In this document: positions 1-10,321 of the stretch, piece after piece | How positions within the stretch are numbered: position 1 is the first letter of the stretch | How the letters are laid out: every line of letters starts with the position of its first letter | From: Oceanispirochaeta sp. | GTDB lineage: Bacteria > Spirochaetota > Spirochaetia > DSM-2461 | Assembly: GCA_963666275.2 (NCBI GenBank) | Contig: CAXXOA010000001.1 | Coordinates: forward strand, 1,568,001 to 1,632,000 | Length of the DNA stretch: 64,000 bases | Direction of reading: 5' to 3' | Position numbers and translations under genes: made by a program | The notes under the pieces: generated by a model | What the model was told of the DNA's origin: nothing | Database searches by the model: none | What the model saw: the letters and a program-made list of their open reading frames with translations, nothing else

Positions 1-343
1 GAAAATTCAGGATGAAATCAAGATCCTGGAAGCCCGGAAACTGGATGCGGAAAACGATGGAAATACCTCCAGGGCTCTTGAACTGGATAATGAAATTTTC
101 AAGAAAAAGAACTATTTGAGGGATTATATCCGCGTTAAAAATGCCCAGCTTTCCGAGATGAACAAAAGTCTCAGTCAGAATATGACTCTGGTCAAAGAAA
201 TCAATGAAGAGATACAGTACGTAGCGGAAAGCAACGGGTTTTCTCTGGTTTTCAAGAAATCCGATCCCGATCTTCTCTGGTGGAATTATGAGGTGGATAT
301 AACAGATCAGGTCCTTCAGAGGCTGATGAGCCGGATGCGATAA
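1..343 (+). CDS. ompH: OmpH/Skp family periplasmic chaperone, 5'-truncated by the window edge
   Basis: Frame open from base 2; helical coiled-coil protein ending YVAESNGFSLVF...VDITDQVL, typical of the Skp C-terminus; directly upstream of mutS as in spirochaete bamA-ompH-mutS. Confidence 0.8.
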   Translation, partial: KIQDEIKILEARKLDAENDGNTSRALELDNEIFKKKNYLRDYIRVKNAQLSEMNKSLSQNMTLVKEINEEIQYVAESNGFSLVFKKSDPDLLWWNYEVDITDQVLQRLMSRMR

Positions 344-357
344 CTTTATTATCCACT

Positions 358-2934
358 ATGTCTGAAAATACCCCCATGATGCGGCAGTACCTGTCCATCA
401 AGGAGAAGCACAAAGACGCGGTACTCTTTTTCCGGATGGGTGACTTTTACGAAATGTTCAAATCCGATGCGGAAGAGGTCAGCCGTATACTCAATCTCAC
501 TCTGACAAAGCGTCACGGCATTCCCATGTGCGGAATTCCCTATCATGCCGCCCAGAATTATATTGGCCGGCTGCTGCAGGCGGGCAAGAAGATTGCCATC
601 TGCGAACAGATCTCACTGCCTGAAAAAGGAAAGGGGATTGCCACCAGGGATGTGGTTGAAATTATCACTCCCGGCACTGTGGTGGATGAGTCCTACCTGG
701 ATAAAAGGTCCAATAACTATCTGGCTTCCATCGGAAAGGTTGGCAGGCAGATGGCCTTCTCCTATGTGGATCTGTCTACAGGGGAGTTCTGGGCCACCTC
801 TTTTGAGGGAGATCATCAGGAAGACTATATCCGCAGAGAGGTCAGCCGGCTTAACCCCCGGGAGATCCTTGTGCAGGAATCTCTGATGGACTATGCCTAC
901 TACCGCTCTCTCAATTCCCGTCCGGCCCTGGTGGTCAATAAAATTCCCGACTGGTTATTTGATACCCAGAGCAGTTACAGCGCTCTGAAAGAGCAGTTTG
1001 CCGTGGCAAACCTGAAGGCATTCGGCTTTGAAGAGAAAGATTCCGCCATTGCGGCTGCCGGTGTAATCCTTGACTATCTGAAAGATACGGCACGCCACTA
1101 TCTCAGTCATCTCCAGGGGATCCGCCGCTACGAGGACGGACGATATCTTTCCCTGGATGAGGCGACCCAGAAAAACCTGGAACTGCTGCGGAATATGAAT
1201 GATGGTTCTCCTTCCTATACACTTTTAAGTGTTCTGGAGGAGACAATGACATCCATGGGTGCCAGAATGCTCCGTCAGTGGATCATGAACCCCCTCCGGG
1301 AGTATGAACAGATTATTCATCGCCAGGAGCAGGTCAGTCAGTTCTATAAAAATCAGCTCCTCATGCAGGAAGTGAGAACAATCCTTTCAGGAATTCTGGA
1401 TGTGGAACGGCTCACTGCCAGGATCGGTCTGGATAAAGCCCACGCCAAGGATCTTCTCTCTCTCCGGGTTTCCCTGGAGAAGATGTTCCTTATCGAAGAG
1501 GTCATGAAAAATACCATATCCGGTATGGAACTTACCAGCCGGGAGGACAAGGAGACTCTGGAGGGAATCATTTCCCTCCTGGAAAGGTCCATAGCCGAAG
1601 ATCCTTCCATTCTGCTTCATGAAGGAAAGATGATCCGGGAAGGGTATCATCAGGAACTGGACCGACTGAAAGGTTTAAAAACCCATAGCCGGTCCATCCT
1701 TGATGACTATCTCCGGGGAATCAAAGATGAGACCGGGATTACCAATTTAAAACTGAAATACAACAAGATCATCGGGTATTTCCTGGAAGTCTCCAAAACC
1801 CAGTCTGCATCCGTACCGGAATCCTTTATAAGACGCCAGTCTCTTGTCGGATCCGAACGATATACCACAGCGAAACTTGGGGAACTTGAAGAGAGTATCA
1901 ACTCGGCTTCTGAAAAAATCATCGAACTGGAACGTTCCCTGTTTCTTGAAATCAGGGAAGGGCTGAAACAGCATATCCCCCTTCTTCAGTCTCTCTGCGG
2001 GAAGCTGGCGCAGCTGGACTGCTATCAGTCTCTGGCGTATACAGCCACTATCAGAGGATACAGCCGTCCTGAGATTCTTCAGTCAAAAGAGCTGGATATA
2101 ACAGGAGGCAGACACCCTGTGGTGGAAGCCTATCTGCCCCAGGGGGAATTTATCTCCAATTCGACTGTACTCACAGAGGATAAAGGGATATTCGCCCTTA
2201 TCACAGGACCGAATATGGCAGGTAAGTCCACCTATCTGAGGCAGACCGCCCTTATTGTACTGATGGCTCAGATCGGATCCTATATTCCGGCGGATCAGGC
2301 GCGCATAGGAGTGGTCGATAAGATCTTCTGCCGTGTCGGTGCTTCGGATAACCTGGCCCGGGGAGAATCAACATTCCTGGTTGAAATGAATGAAACCGCT
2401 CATATCCTGAGAAATGCCACCTCTTTCAGTCTAGTGATCATGGATGAAATAGGCCGGGGAACCAGTACCAATGACGGTCTTTCCATTGCCTGGAGCATAG
2501 CCGAGTTCATTCTGGATTCTGTGAAATGCAAGACTCTCTTTGCCACCCACTATCATGAGCTGACAGAAATGTCCCATCCCGCCTTGTGCAATCTTTCCCT
2601 TTCGGTGAAAGAAACAGGCGATGATATCGTATTCCTGAAGAAGATCAAGGAGGGCCCTGCCGGGAACTCTTACGGTATTCATGTGGCATCTCTTGCGGGG
2701 CTTCCCGACAGTGTGGTGAAAAGGGCGGGACAGGTCCTCAGATCCATGGAAAGCGGGCCGGTTGGTGAAAAGTTTTCAGTACCCCCGGCTGAAAAGGAGA
2801 TCTCTCCCCAGCAGAACCTTTTTGACAGCGGTGAGATTGTTCTGGATCAGCTGAGATCCCTGAATATAAATGATCTGACTCCTCTAGAAGCTCTGAATAC
2901 TCTTGATTCCCTGAAAAAGAGTCTGAAAAAGTAA
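358..2934 (+). CDS. mutS: DNA mismatch repair protein MutS
   Basis: TPMMRQY, FRMGDFYEMF, Walker A TGPNMAGKSTY, DEIGRGTST, FATHYHEL. Confidence 0.99.
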   Translation: MSENTPMMRQYLSIKEKHKDAVLFFRMGDFYEMFKSDAEEVSRILNLTLTKRHGIPMCGIPYHAAQNYIGRLLQAGKKIAICEQISLPEKGKGIATRDVVEIITPGTVVDESYLDKRSNNYLASIGKVGRQMAFSYVDLSTGEFWATSFEGDHQEDYIRREVSRLNPREILVQESLMDYAYYRSLNSRPALVVNKIPDWLFDTQSSYSALKEQFAVANLKAFGFEEKDSAIAAAGVILDYLKDTARHYLSHLQGIRRYEDGRYLSLDEATQKNLELLRNMNDGSPSYTLLSVLEETMTSMGARMLRQWIMNPLREYEQIIHRQEQVSQFYKNQLLMQEVRTILSGILDVERLTARIGLDKAHAKDLLSLRVSLEKMFLIEEVMKNTISGMELTSREDKETLEGIISLLERSIAEDPSILLHEGKMIREGYHQELDRLKGLKTHSRSILDDYLRGIKDETGITNLKLKYNKIIGYFLEVSKTQSASVPESFIRRQSLVGSERYTTAKLGELEESINSASEKIIELERSLFLEIREGLKQHIPLLQSLCGKLAQLDCYQSLAYTATIRGYSRPEILQSKELDITGGRHPVVEAYLPQGEFISNSTVLTEDKGIFALITGPNMAGKSTYLRQTALIVLMAQIGSYIPADQARIGVVDKIFCRVGASDNLARGESTFLVEMNETAHILRNATSFSLVIMDEIGRGTSTNDGLSIAWSIAEFILDSVKCKTLFATHYHELTEMSHPALCNLSLSVKETGDDIVFLKKIKEGPAGNSYGIHVASLAGLPDSVVKRAGQVLRSMESGPVGEKFSVPPAEKEISPQQNLFDSGEIVLDQLRSLNINDLTPLEALNTLDSLKKSLKK

Positions 2935-2947
2935 ATTTTCATTTTAT

Positions 2948-3679
2948 TTGAATTTCTACCCGGATAATATCCGTTTACACAGTATGTTTGTCCAATCACT
3001 TCTCTGCAGGAATCACTGTTATATCTGCGGCGCCGAATTATATGAGGACCGGGCTGTCTGTGAAAAATGTAAAACAGACCTACTGAATGAGGCTTCAGGT
3101 TCAGGGATCTGTTCCCGATGCGGTTTTCCGTCGCTGGAAGAGGATGAATGTCCCTTCTGTCCCATCCTGCCGGGCTGTCTGGAGTCCCTGAGGGTCCTTT
3201 TCCGTTTCGCAGGCGTACACAGGGAACTCCTTCACAGGTACAAATCAGGGAGTATGAAAAATCTCCGGTTTTTCTATGCCGATGCGGTTCATAAGCAGCT
3301 GCAGAGGATGGCTGTCACGTCTTCGGATCTTATCGTTCCCGTTCCCCCCAGAAAAGGTAAAATCAGAAAGACGGGATGGGATCAGGTCCGTCTGATAAGC
3401 CGCCTTCTTTCCCGTCGGTACGGGTATCAATGTTCTGATCTTCTGAAAAGGACAGACAGGATCGAACAGAAAACCCTGAATCGGGAGAATAGGGCGTCTC
3501 ATCTTGAAAGTTCTCTCTGTTTCCGGAGACATATTCAGGAGAGGTTGGAAACTCCTTCCAGGATTATCCTTCTGGATGATGTATTTACAACCGGAGCCAC
3601 ACTGAGAGCCTGCGGAGAGCTTTTGGGCCAATGGAATAGTGTCAGAATCGAGGCTCTGGTTCTCTGCGGTGTTATTTGA
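2948..3679 (+). CDS. comF: ComF family protein (double zinc ribbon + phosphoribosyltransferase-like domain); start uncertain (TTG 2948 or ATG 2984)
   Basis: N-terminal CxxC pairs; VPVPP; ILLDDVFTTGATL PRT motif. Confidence 0.88.
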   Translation: MNFYPDNIRLHSMFVQSLLCRNHCYICGAELYEDRAVCEKCKTDLLNEASGSGICSRCGFPSLEEDECPFCPILPGCLESLRVLFRFAGVHRELLHRYKSGSMKNLRFFYADAVHKQLQRMAVTSSDLIVPVPPRKGKIRKTGWDQVRLISRLLSRRYGYQCSDLLKRTDRIEQKTLNRENRASHLESSLCFRRHIQERLETPSRIILLDDVFTTGATLRACGELLGQWNSVRIEALVLCGVI

Positions 3680-3714
3680 ATATATCCCTATGCGGCAGGA
3701 GATTTTGTCTCCAG

Positions 3715-3743
3715 TTGACAGAGTTTACTATAGCTGGTATTGT
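3715..3743 (+). promoter_or_regulatory. sigma70-type promoter of the rimP-nusA-infB operon
   Basis: TTGACA (3715-3720), 17-bp spacer, extended -10 TGgTATTGT (3735-3743). Confidence 0.7.
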
Positions 3744-3772
3744 TTAGACAAAATTTATGGCATCTTGAAGTT

Positions 3773-3799
3773 AAGAGCCCCGACAAGGCTCTTTTTTTT
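3773..3799 (+). terminator. rimP-leader intrinsic terminator/attenuator
   Basis: AAGAGCC-ccgacaa-GGCTCTT followed by a T run, between the promoter and rimP; short leader terminators are known ahead of rimP-nusA operons. Confidence 0.75.
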
Positions 3800-3838
3800 G
3801 GACCCAAATTCCACTCAGGTGCCCCAGGATAATTTGCG

Positions 3839-4297
3839 TTGAAAGAGATTGAAAAAAAAATACTGGATGGAATCGAGCCTGTTCTGAATGAAATGGGCAT
3901 TTCCGTGGTTGAATTGAATGCGGCTGTTGTCAAGAAAACATTCACAATCCGTCTGGTAATATTCCAGGAACAGGGCGTCACTGTTAAAGACTGTGAAACG
4001 GTCCACCGGGTCATACAGCCCCGGATTGAACTCCTTATGGAATCAAGGGATACATCCATGGAGATTACATCTCCCGGAATAGATAGAAGAATTAAAAGCA
4101 GCAGGGAGTATGCCATATTCAAAGGCAAAGCCCTGAAAATCCTGCAGGAAGGGGATTCCGAATGGATAGGCGGATGGATCCGTGACTGCAGTGAAGATAC
4201 ATTGTTTCTTGAAAAGGATGAAAAGGAATTGAATATCCCCCTAAGTACTATTAGAAAGGCAAAACTTGATTATACAATGGAGGCCCGTAAAAAATGA
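3839..4297 (+). CDS. rimP: ribosome maturation factor RimP
   Basis: GVTVKDC, MEITSPGIDR motifs; first gene of the nusA-infB operon; TTG start. Confidence 0.95.
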   Translation: MKEIEKKILDGIEPVLNEMGISVVELNAAVVKKTFTIRLVIFQEQGVTVKDCETVHRVIQPRIELLMESRDTSMEITSPGIDRRIKSSREYAIFKGKALKILQEGDSEWIGGWIRDCSEDTLFLEKDEKELNIPLSTIRKAKLDYTMEARKK

Positions 4298-5763
4298 CCC
4301 CGGATTTTGCAGAGGCAATACGCCTGTTACAACAGGAACGAGGTATTACAGAAGAACTCGTACTGAAAACCATTGAAGATTTTCTGCTTGCAGCGTACAA
4401 GAGAAAATATGGAACCTCCGATAATGCGGTAGTCAGGTTCAATGATGACAATTCAGATGTCTCCATCTATGCCAAGAAGATGATTGTGACAGAAGATGAC
4501 TACTACGATCCTGTTTGTGAGATTCTTCTGGAAGAAGCTCTTCAGTTTAATGAAGAGAGTGAAGTGGGAGATGAAATTCTAATTAAAATTGATCCTTCCG
4601 AATTTGACAGGCTGGCTGTTCAGAGTGCTAAACAGAGAGCCAGGCAGGATCTGAGAGAAATACAGAAAGATACTCTCCACTCCGAGTTTAAAGACAAAGT
4701 CGGAGAGATGATCATCGGTTACTACCAGAGAGAAAAGAACGGTAATATCTTTGTTGATCTGGGAAGAACAGAGGGGATCCTCCCCAAGAGATTTCAGTCC
4801 CCCCGGGAAGAATACAACGTGGGTGACCGAATCAAAGCGCTGATCAGTGAGGTTAATAAAACTCCTTCAGGGCTTCAGATTGTTCTCTCCAGAACCCATG
4901 CGGATTTTGTCCGGAGAATCTTCGAACTGGAAGTTCCGGAGATCTACGATAACACCATTGAAATCCATAAGATTGTCCGGGAACCCGGTTACAGAACCAA
5001 GATCGCTGTTTCTTCCACAAGAGATGATGTGGATCCTGTCGGAGCCTGTGTGGGTCTTAAAGGTGTAAGAATCCAGGCTATTGTGCGGGAACTGGAAGGG
5101 GAAAAAATTGATATCCTCAAGTTTGATCCGGATCCCCAGGCCTTTATTAAAAATGCCCTGTCTCCCGCAGAAGTTTCGGATGTCATTGTCATGGATGGCA
5201 GCAAGAGACAGGCTCTGGCCATTGTCCCGGATCAGCAGCTCTCCCTGGCTATCGGTAAGCAGGGACTGAATGTCCGTCTGGCAAACCGACTTGTAGACTG
5301 GAGCATTGATGTAAAAACAGAAGAACAGTTCGAAGAGATGGATATCACTCAGGAAATATCCAAAGCGGCCAACGATCTGTTTAATGATATTGATGAAAAT
5401 GATGAAGAGATAACCAGAATTGAGGAACTTCCGGACATTCCTGAACGGGTTGTAGCTCTTCTTAAAGAAAACGGAATTGATCTTATCGAAACGCTTGTTA
5501 ACATGGAACTGGATGAGTTGAAAACTTTTGAAGGTATCAATGAGGAAGATATTGATCAGATCCGTGGAATTATAGATGATAATGTGGAAATCGTTGAAAG
5601 TGAATCAGGCGAGGAACTGGAGGAGGAGATCGTTATTGAAGACGATGAATCCTACGAATGCCCTGAGTGCGGTTCTGCTATTACGTTGGATATGACAGTT
5701 TGCCCCAGCTGTGGAGTAGGGTTGAGCTTTGAAATTGAAGAAATAGAAGATGATCAGGAATAA
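4294..5763 (+). CDS. nusA: transcription termination/antitermination factor NusA with C-terminal HhH-like and Zn-ribbon extension
   Basis: S1/KH motifs [32 protein letters not shown]-terminal CPECG...CPSCG. Confidence 0.99.
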   Translation: MTPDFAEAIRLLQQERGITEELVLKTIEDFLLAAYKRKYGTSDNAVVRFNDDNSDVSIYAKKMIVTEDDYYDPVCEILLEEALQFNEESEVGDEILIKIDPSEFDRLAVQSAKQRARQDLREIQKDTLHSEFKDKVGEMIIGYYQREKNGNIFVDLGRTEGILPKRFQSPREEYNVGDRIKALISEVNKTPSGLQIVLSRTHADFVRRIFELEVPEIYDNTIEIHKIVREPGYRTKIAVSSTRDDVDPVGACVGLKGVRIQAIVRELEGEKIDILKFDPDPQAFIKNALSPAEVSDVIVMDGSKRQALAIVPDQQLSLAIGKQGLNVRLANRLVDWSIDVKTEEQFEEMDITQEISKAANDLFNDIDENDEEITRIEELPDIPERVVALLKENGIDLIETLVNMELDELKTFEGINEEDIDQIRGIIDDNVEIVESESGEELEEEIVIEDDESYECPECGSAITLDMTVCPSCGVGLSFEIEEIEDDQE

Positions 5764-5771
5764 GGTGGTAT

Positions 5772-8663
5772 ATGTCAGAAGAGGTGGATAACAAACAGCC
5801 CAAGGCTACGTTGATTAAGCATAAGAAATCAGACTCTCCCGGAAAATCCGATGGCGGCGATAAAAAGAAAGTCGTAGTTGTCAAAAAGAAAGTCGTTGTT
5901 AAAAAAGCTCATAAAGTAGTAACAACTAAAGACAATGACTCTGCATCAGACGCGGGCGGAAAAAAAGAATCCCGCAGCAATGATGACTTCAGACAGGAAG
6001 CTCCCAAGGGATCTGATGATAGTCAGAACAACAATGACTCCAGACCTGTCAGAACCGGACGGGCCGGAAATTACGCCGGCCGCAGCAGCGACGGCAGAGC
6101 GGGCAACTATGCGGGCCGCAGCAGTGACGGCCGTGCGGGCAACTATGCAGGCCGCAGCAGCGACGGCAGAGCAGGGAATCTGAGCAGAACCGGCAGAGCC
6201 GGAAATTACGCTCCCGGTGGGCGGAATTTTGATAGAAATAAACCCGGCGGCGGAAGGAGCAGCGGCTATCAGGGCAATAGACCTGACGGCGAAAGACCTT
6301 CCGGCGGCTATCAGGGTGATAGGCCCTCAGGCGGTTATCAGGGTAACAGATCCGGTGGCTATCAGGGTGATAGACCTTCCGGCGGTTATCAGGGTAACAG
6401 ATCCGGTGGCTACCAGGGTGATAGACCTTCCGGCGGTTATCAGGGCAACAGATCCGGTGGCTACCAGGGCGGCAGGCCCGGCGGCTATCAGGGCAACAGG
6501 CCTGACGGCGAAAGACCTTCCGGCGGTTACCAGGGCAACAGACCCGGTGGTTATCAGGGTGGCAGGCCCGGTGGTTATCAGGGCGGCAGGCCCGGTGGAC
6601 CTCAGGGCGGCAGACCCGGTGGACCTCAGGGCGGCAGACCCGGCGGCTATCAGGGCGGTAGACCCGGCGGTGCTCCTTCGGGACGGCCCGGCGGTTTTCA
6701 GAGGCGTCCGGGAACAGGCGGCGCGCCCGGTGCGGGCGGCAGAAATGCTGAACCTATAAAAGACAATCAGAAATCTACCCCTAAAAAGTTCTTCAAATCG
6801 AAAAAGAATAAATCTTTTCAGAAGAAGAAGGATCAGCAGACAGAAAAAATGCTGCAGTACAAGAAAAAGACTGTCAGCAATGCCAACCCTGTTCCTAAAG
6901 AAATTGATATCATGGAAGTTATCACTGTTTCTGAACTGGCTAGAAAAATGAATCTCAAAGCCAGTGATCTGATCGGGAAACTGATTGGAATGGGAATGAT
7001 GGTAACCATAAATCAGCAGATTGATGCGGAAACCGCTACAATTCTTGCGGATGAGTTCAACTGTAAGGTCAATATTGTATCTCTTTATGATGAAACTATT
7101 ATTGAATCTGAAAAAGATGTAGAAGAAGATCTGAAATCCAGACCTCCCATCATTGCGGTAATGGGTCATGTCGACCATGGAAAAACCAAACTTCTGGACG
7201 CCATCCGTCGGACCGATGTGGTTGCTGATGAGTTCGGTGGTATTACCCAGCATATCGGAGCCTATACAATAAAAAGCCATGACGGCAAAGATCTGACATT
7301 CCTGGATACTCCCGGACATGCGGCATTTACAATGATGCGTGCCAGAGGAGCTCAGGTTACCGACCTTGTTGTTCTTGTGGTGGCCGCCAATGACGGAGTT
7401 ATGCCTCAGACTGTGGAAGCAATCAACCATGCGAAAGCGGCAGAGGTTCCCATTATTATTGCCGTAAACAAAATGGACCTTCCCGAGGCTAATCCGGACC
7501 GTGTAAAACAGCAGCTGGCTGAGTATAATCTCATGCCGGAAGACTGGGGCGGTACGACTCAGTTTGTTCATATTTCTGCACTGAAAGGTGAGGGAATTGA
7601 TGATCTGATTGATACGATTATGCTTGAAGCCGAAATGATGGAACTGAAAGCCAGCTGGAATTGCCGGGCTGAAGGTAAAGTCATTGAATCCAAAGTGGAC
7701 CAGGGGCGTGGTATTGTTTCCACTGTACTGGTCGAACGGGGTGTCCTTAAAGTCGGTGACTCCTTTGTGGCAGGTGTATTTTCAGGTAAAGTCAGGGCGA
7801 TGTTCAATGACAAGGGAGAGAATGTCAATGAAGCGACTCCCTCTATGCCTGTGGAGATCCTCGGATTTACTGGTATTCCCAATTCGGGAGATCCTTTCCA
7901 GGTTACCGAAAACGAACGTGTTGCCCGTCAGTACGGACAGAAACGGCAGGAACTCCGGAAAATGGAAGATGCCAAGAATGTCAAGAAGATCACACTGGAC
8001 AACCTGTACGACAATATTCAGGCCGGCGATGTGCAGGAACTGAATGTCATTATCAAAGGTGATGTTCACGGATCTGTCGAGGCGATTCAGTCTGCGCTGG
8101 AAAAACTCAGCACTCCTGAAATCCGTCTTGTGTGCAAACATGCTGCCGCGGGTGCCATTATTGAAAATGATGTGAACCTGGCAGCCGCATCGGATGCCAT
8201 TATCATCGGATTCCATGTAAGACCGACTCCCAAAGCCCAGGCTGTGGCAGACAAGGAAAAAGTGGAAATCCGTAAATACAACGTTATTTATGATGTTGTG
8301 GAAGATATCCGTTCCGCCATGGAGGGAATGCTTATTCCCGATCTGGAAGAAGAAGTTATCGGTAAAGTGGAAGTCCGTGAGACTTTCAAAGTTCCCAAAG
8401 TCGGCGTCATTGCCGGTTGTATGGTTACTTCCGGTATTGTCACCAGAAAGAGCAGAGTTCATGTTATCCGGGAAGGAATTGAAGTCCATACAGGACCGAT
8501 CTCCTCTCTTAAACGGTTCAAGGATGATGCGAAAGAGGTTCGGGAAGGATTCGAATGTGGTCTTTCCGTAGAAAACTTCAATGAGATCCAGGTAGGAGAC
8601 GAATTGGAAGTTTTTGAAATGAAAGAGATCAAAAAGACTCTCGGGGAGCCTTCAGGCGCGTGA
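5772..8663 (+). CDS. infB: translation initiation factor IF-2
   Basis: [18 protein letters not shown]-domain motifs; [12 protein letters not shown]...ECG C-terminus. Confidence 0.99.
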   Translation: MSEEVDNKQPKATLIKHKKSDSPGKSDGGDKKKVVVVKKKVVVKKAHKVVTTKDNDSASDAGGKKESRSNDDFRQEAPKGSDDSQNNNDSRPVRTGRAGNYAGRSSDGRAGNYAGRSSDGRAGNYAGRSSDGRAGNLSRTGRAGNYAPGGRNFDRNKPGGGRSSGYQGNRPDGERPSGGYQGDRPSGGYQGNRSGGYQGDRPSGGYQGNRSGGYQGDRPSGGYQGNRSGGYQGGRPGGYQGNRPDGERPSGGYQGNRPGGYQGGRPGGYQGGRPGGPQGGRPGGPQGGRPGGYQGGRPGGAPSGRPGGFQRRPGTGGAPGAGGRNAEPIKDNQKSTPKKFFKSKKNKSFQKKKDQQTEKMLQYKKKTVSNANPVPKEIDIMEVITVSELARKMNLKASDLIGKLIGMGMMVTINQQIDAETATILADEFNCKVNIVSLYDETIIESEKDVEEDLKSRPPIIAVMGHVDHGKTKLLDAIRRTDVVADEFGGITQHIGAYTIKSHDGKDLTFLDTPGHAAFTMMRARGAQVTDLVVLVVAANDGVMPQTVEAINHAKAAEVPIIIAVNKMDLPEANPDRVKQQLAEYNLMPEDWGGTTQFVHISALKGEGIDDLIDTIMLEAEMMELKASWNCRAEGKVIESKVDQGRGIVSTVLVERGVLKVGDSFVAGVFSGKVRAMFNDKGENVNEATPSMPVEILGFTGIPNSGDPFQVTENERVARQYGQKRQELRKMEDAKNVKKITLDNLYDNIQAGDVQELNVIIKGDVHGSVEAIQSALEKLSTPEIRLVCKHAAAGAIIENDVNLAAASDAIIIGFHVRPTPKAQAVADKEKVEIRKYNVIYDVVEDIRSAMEGMLIPDLEEEVIGKVEVRETFKVPKVGVIAGCMVTSGIVTRKSRVHVIREGIEVHTGPISSLKRFKDDAKEVREGFECGLSVENFNEIQVGDELEVFEMKEIKKTLGEPSGA
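6057..6710 (+). repeat. coding tandem repeats in the IF-2 N-terminal linker: three 36-bp [12 protein letters not shown] units, then about 13 GYQG-containing 24-27-bp units
   Basis: Repeats visible directly in DNA and protein, with synonymous divergence between copies. Confidence 0.9.
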
Positions 8664-9022
8664 ATGAATTAAGAATGAAAAGGGTTGAAAGTCTGATCCG
8701 TGATCAGATCAGCTCTCTTATTATGATGGGAGAGCTGAAAGACCCGCGTATAAATACACTTCTGTCTATCAGCGGAGTGAAAGTCTCCGCTGATCTGTCA
8801 ACGGCTAAAGTGATGATCTCCTCTCTCGAGGGAGAAGCCAAGCTGCAGAAAAGTGTGAAAGCACTGAATCATGCAGCGGGTTTTATTCAGGGCAGAATCG
8901 GAAAACAGCTGAGAATGCGTCTGACGCCGAAGCTTGTTTTTCTGATGGATACCTCTGTCCGTGACAGTGTCGCACTCAACAAGAAGATCGACAGCTTAGT
9001 TAATCATGACGGGGAAGAATAA
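8660..9022 (+). CDS. rbfA: 30S ribosome-binding factor RbfA
   Basis: [29 protein letters not shown]; follows infB. Confidence 0.97.
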   Translation: MNELRMKRVESLIRDQISSLIMMGELKDPRINTLLSISGVKVSADLSTAKVMISSLEGEAKLQKSVKALNHAAGFIQGRIGKQLRMRLTPKLVFLMDTSVRDSVALNKKIDSLVNHDGEE

Positions 9023-9890
9023 AAACGGAATCTTTTTTCTGGACAAACCCCCGGGTGAGACTTCCTTTCAGTCACTGAGCAGAATCAAAAAAGCCCTATC
9101 CACCGGTAAGGTCGGCCATACAGGCACTCTTGATAAGTTTGCTACGGGACTCCTCATCGTTCTTACCGGTAAATATACAAGGCTTAACAGCCTTATTACC
9201 GGTATGGATAAGGTTTATGAAGCTGAAATCACATTCGGGGCTGAAACAGATACGCTGGACCCCGAGGGGGCTGTAATTGCGGAAGCTCCGGTTCCGGATG
9301 AGGACGCTGTAAAAACAGCAATGCTTCGGTTTCTGGGGGATCAGGAACAGACGCCGCCTTTGTACTCTGCCGTCCATATCAATGGAGAAAGGGCACATCG
9401 GCTGGCAAGGAAGGGGATTTCAGCTGAAGTTCCCTCCCGACCGATCCACATCTATGCATTTGATTTTCTTTCCTACAGGGAAGGATGCCTTAAAGCCAGG
9501 GTTCACTGTTCTAAAGGTACCTACATACGCTCTCTGGCGAGAGATCTGGGGAGGGCCTGTGAAAGCCGTGCTTATGTGACGAATCTGAAACGGACGGCAA
9601 TCGGTCCCTATCGGCTGGATAAAAGCATCAATGCCGGGAATCTGAAAGGCCCGGAGGATTTTTATCCCTGGAAAGAGTTTTTCCGCCGTCTTGAGAATGC
9701 GGCGATTCTGCAGGTCAGAGATGATTCTCTGAGTAAAATTGCCAATGGTGTTCCTTTCAGTCGGGATTTTCTTGTTTCTCCTGAGTCTGAACCGGCCCCG
9801 CTGTCTGTTCTTGAGGATTCCTCTGGTGAGCCGGCGGCAATCCTCAGTGCCGAAGAGGGGCGCTTCCGTTACAGGATTATTTTCAACTGA
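9006..9890 (+). CDS. truB: tRNA pseudouridine(55) synthase TruB
   Basis: KVGHTGTLDKFATG, PPLYSA, CSKGTYIRSLARDLG. Confidence 0.98.
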   Translation: MTGKNKNGIFFLDKPPGETSFQSLSRIKKALSTGKVGHTGTLDKFATGLLIVLTGKYTRLNSLITGMDKVYEAEITFGAETDTLDPEGAVIAEAPVPDEDAVKTAMLRFLGDQEQTPPLYSAVHINGERAHRLARKGISAEVPSRPIHIYAFDFLSYREGCLKARVHCSKGTYIRSLARDLGRACESRAYVTNLKRTAIGPYRLDKSINAGNLKGPEDFYPWKEFFRRLENAAILQVRDDSLSKIANGVPFSRDFLVSPESEPAPLSVLEDSSGEPAAILSAEEGRFRYRIIFN

Positions 9891-9907
9891 CATAGGGATT
9901 AGTAAGA

Positions 9908-9998
9908 TTGACTTTTATATTTTTATCTGTAAAATGGTGTTTTCAGGTACTGATTCTTAACGGGGTGTTACTCTGTAGGTAATCGGTGTAGAGCCTGG
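9908..9998 (+). promoter_or_regulatory. rpsO promoter and structured 5' leader (candidate S15 autoregulatory element)
   Basis: TTGACT (9908) ... TAAAAT (9930); nested stems CAGGT/GCCTG, ACTGATT/AATCGGT, ACGGGGT/ACTCTGT. Confidence 0.5.
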
Positions 9999-10036
9999 TT
10001 TTATAAATTTTTTATTTTTTGGGAGTTAATAATATT

Positions 10037-10303
10037 ATGTTAACCAAAGACGACAAAGCAAACATTGTTACTGAATTCGGAAAAGACGGTGCAGATACCG
10101 GATCTACAGAGGTGCAGATTGCTCTTCTGACAAAAAGGATTGAAGATCTGTCCGAACACTTTAAATCACACAAAAAAGATCACGCTTCCAGAAGGGGACT
10201 GCTTAAAATGGTAGGTACCCGGCGTAAACTCTTGAAATACCTTAAAAGAAAGGATCTTAATAGTTACAGGGAGCTGATTGCGAAACTCGGTCTTAGAAAA
10301 TAA
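10037..10303 (+). CDS. rpsO: 30S ribosomal protein S15 (start moved to ATG 10037)
   Basis: [34 protein letters not shown]. Confidence 0.99.
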   Translation: MLTKDDKANIVTEFGKDGADTGSTEVQIALLTKRIEDLSEHFKSHKKDHASRRGLLKMVGTRRKLLKYLKRKDLNSYRELIAKLGLRK

Positions 10304-10321
10304 TAAGACAAAGGACATTAA

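Noticed and set aside
6260..6710. Regularly spaced short repeats that could be mistaken for a CRISPR array
   Set aside because: In-frame coding repeats inside infB with synonymous variation, no unique spacers and no cas genes.
6327..7571. 414-aa minus-strand ORF and the 180-aa alternate-frame ORF at 6217-6759
   Set aside because: Shadows of infB caused by the repeat and codon bias; no SD or protein motifs.
9891..10036. No ribF between truB and rpsO
   Set aside because: Ordinary gene-order variation; the interval is explained by the rpsO promoter and leader, and no pseudogene remnant is evident.
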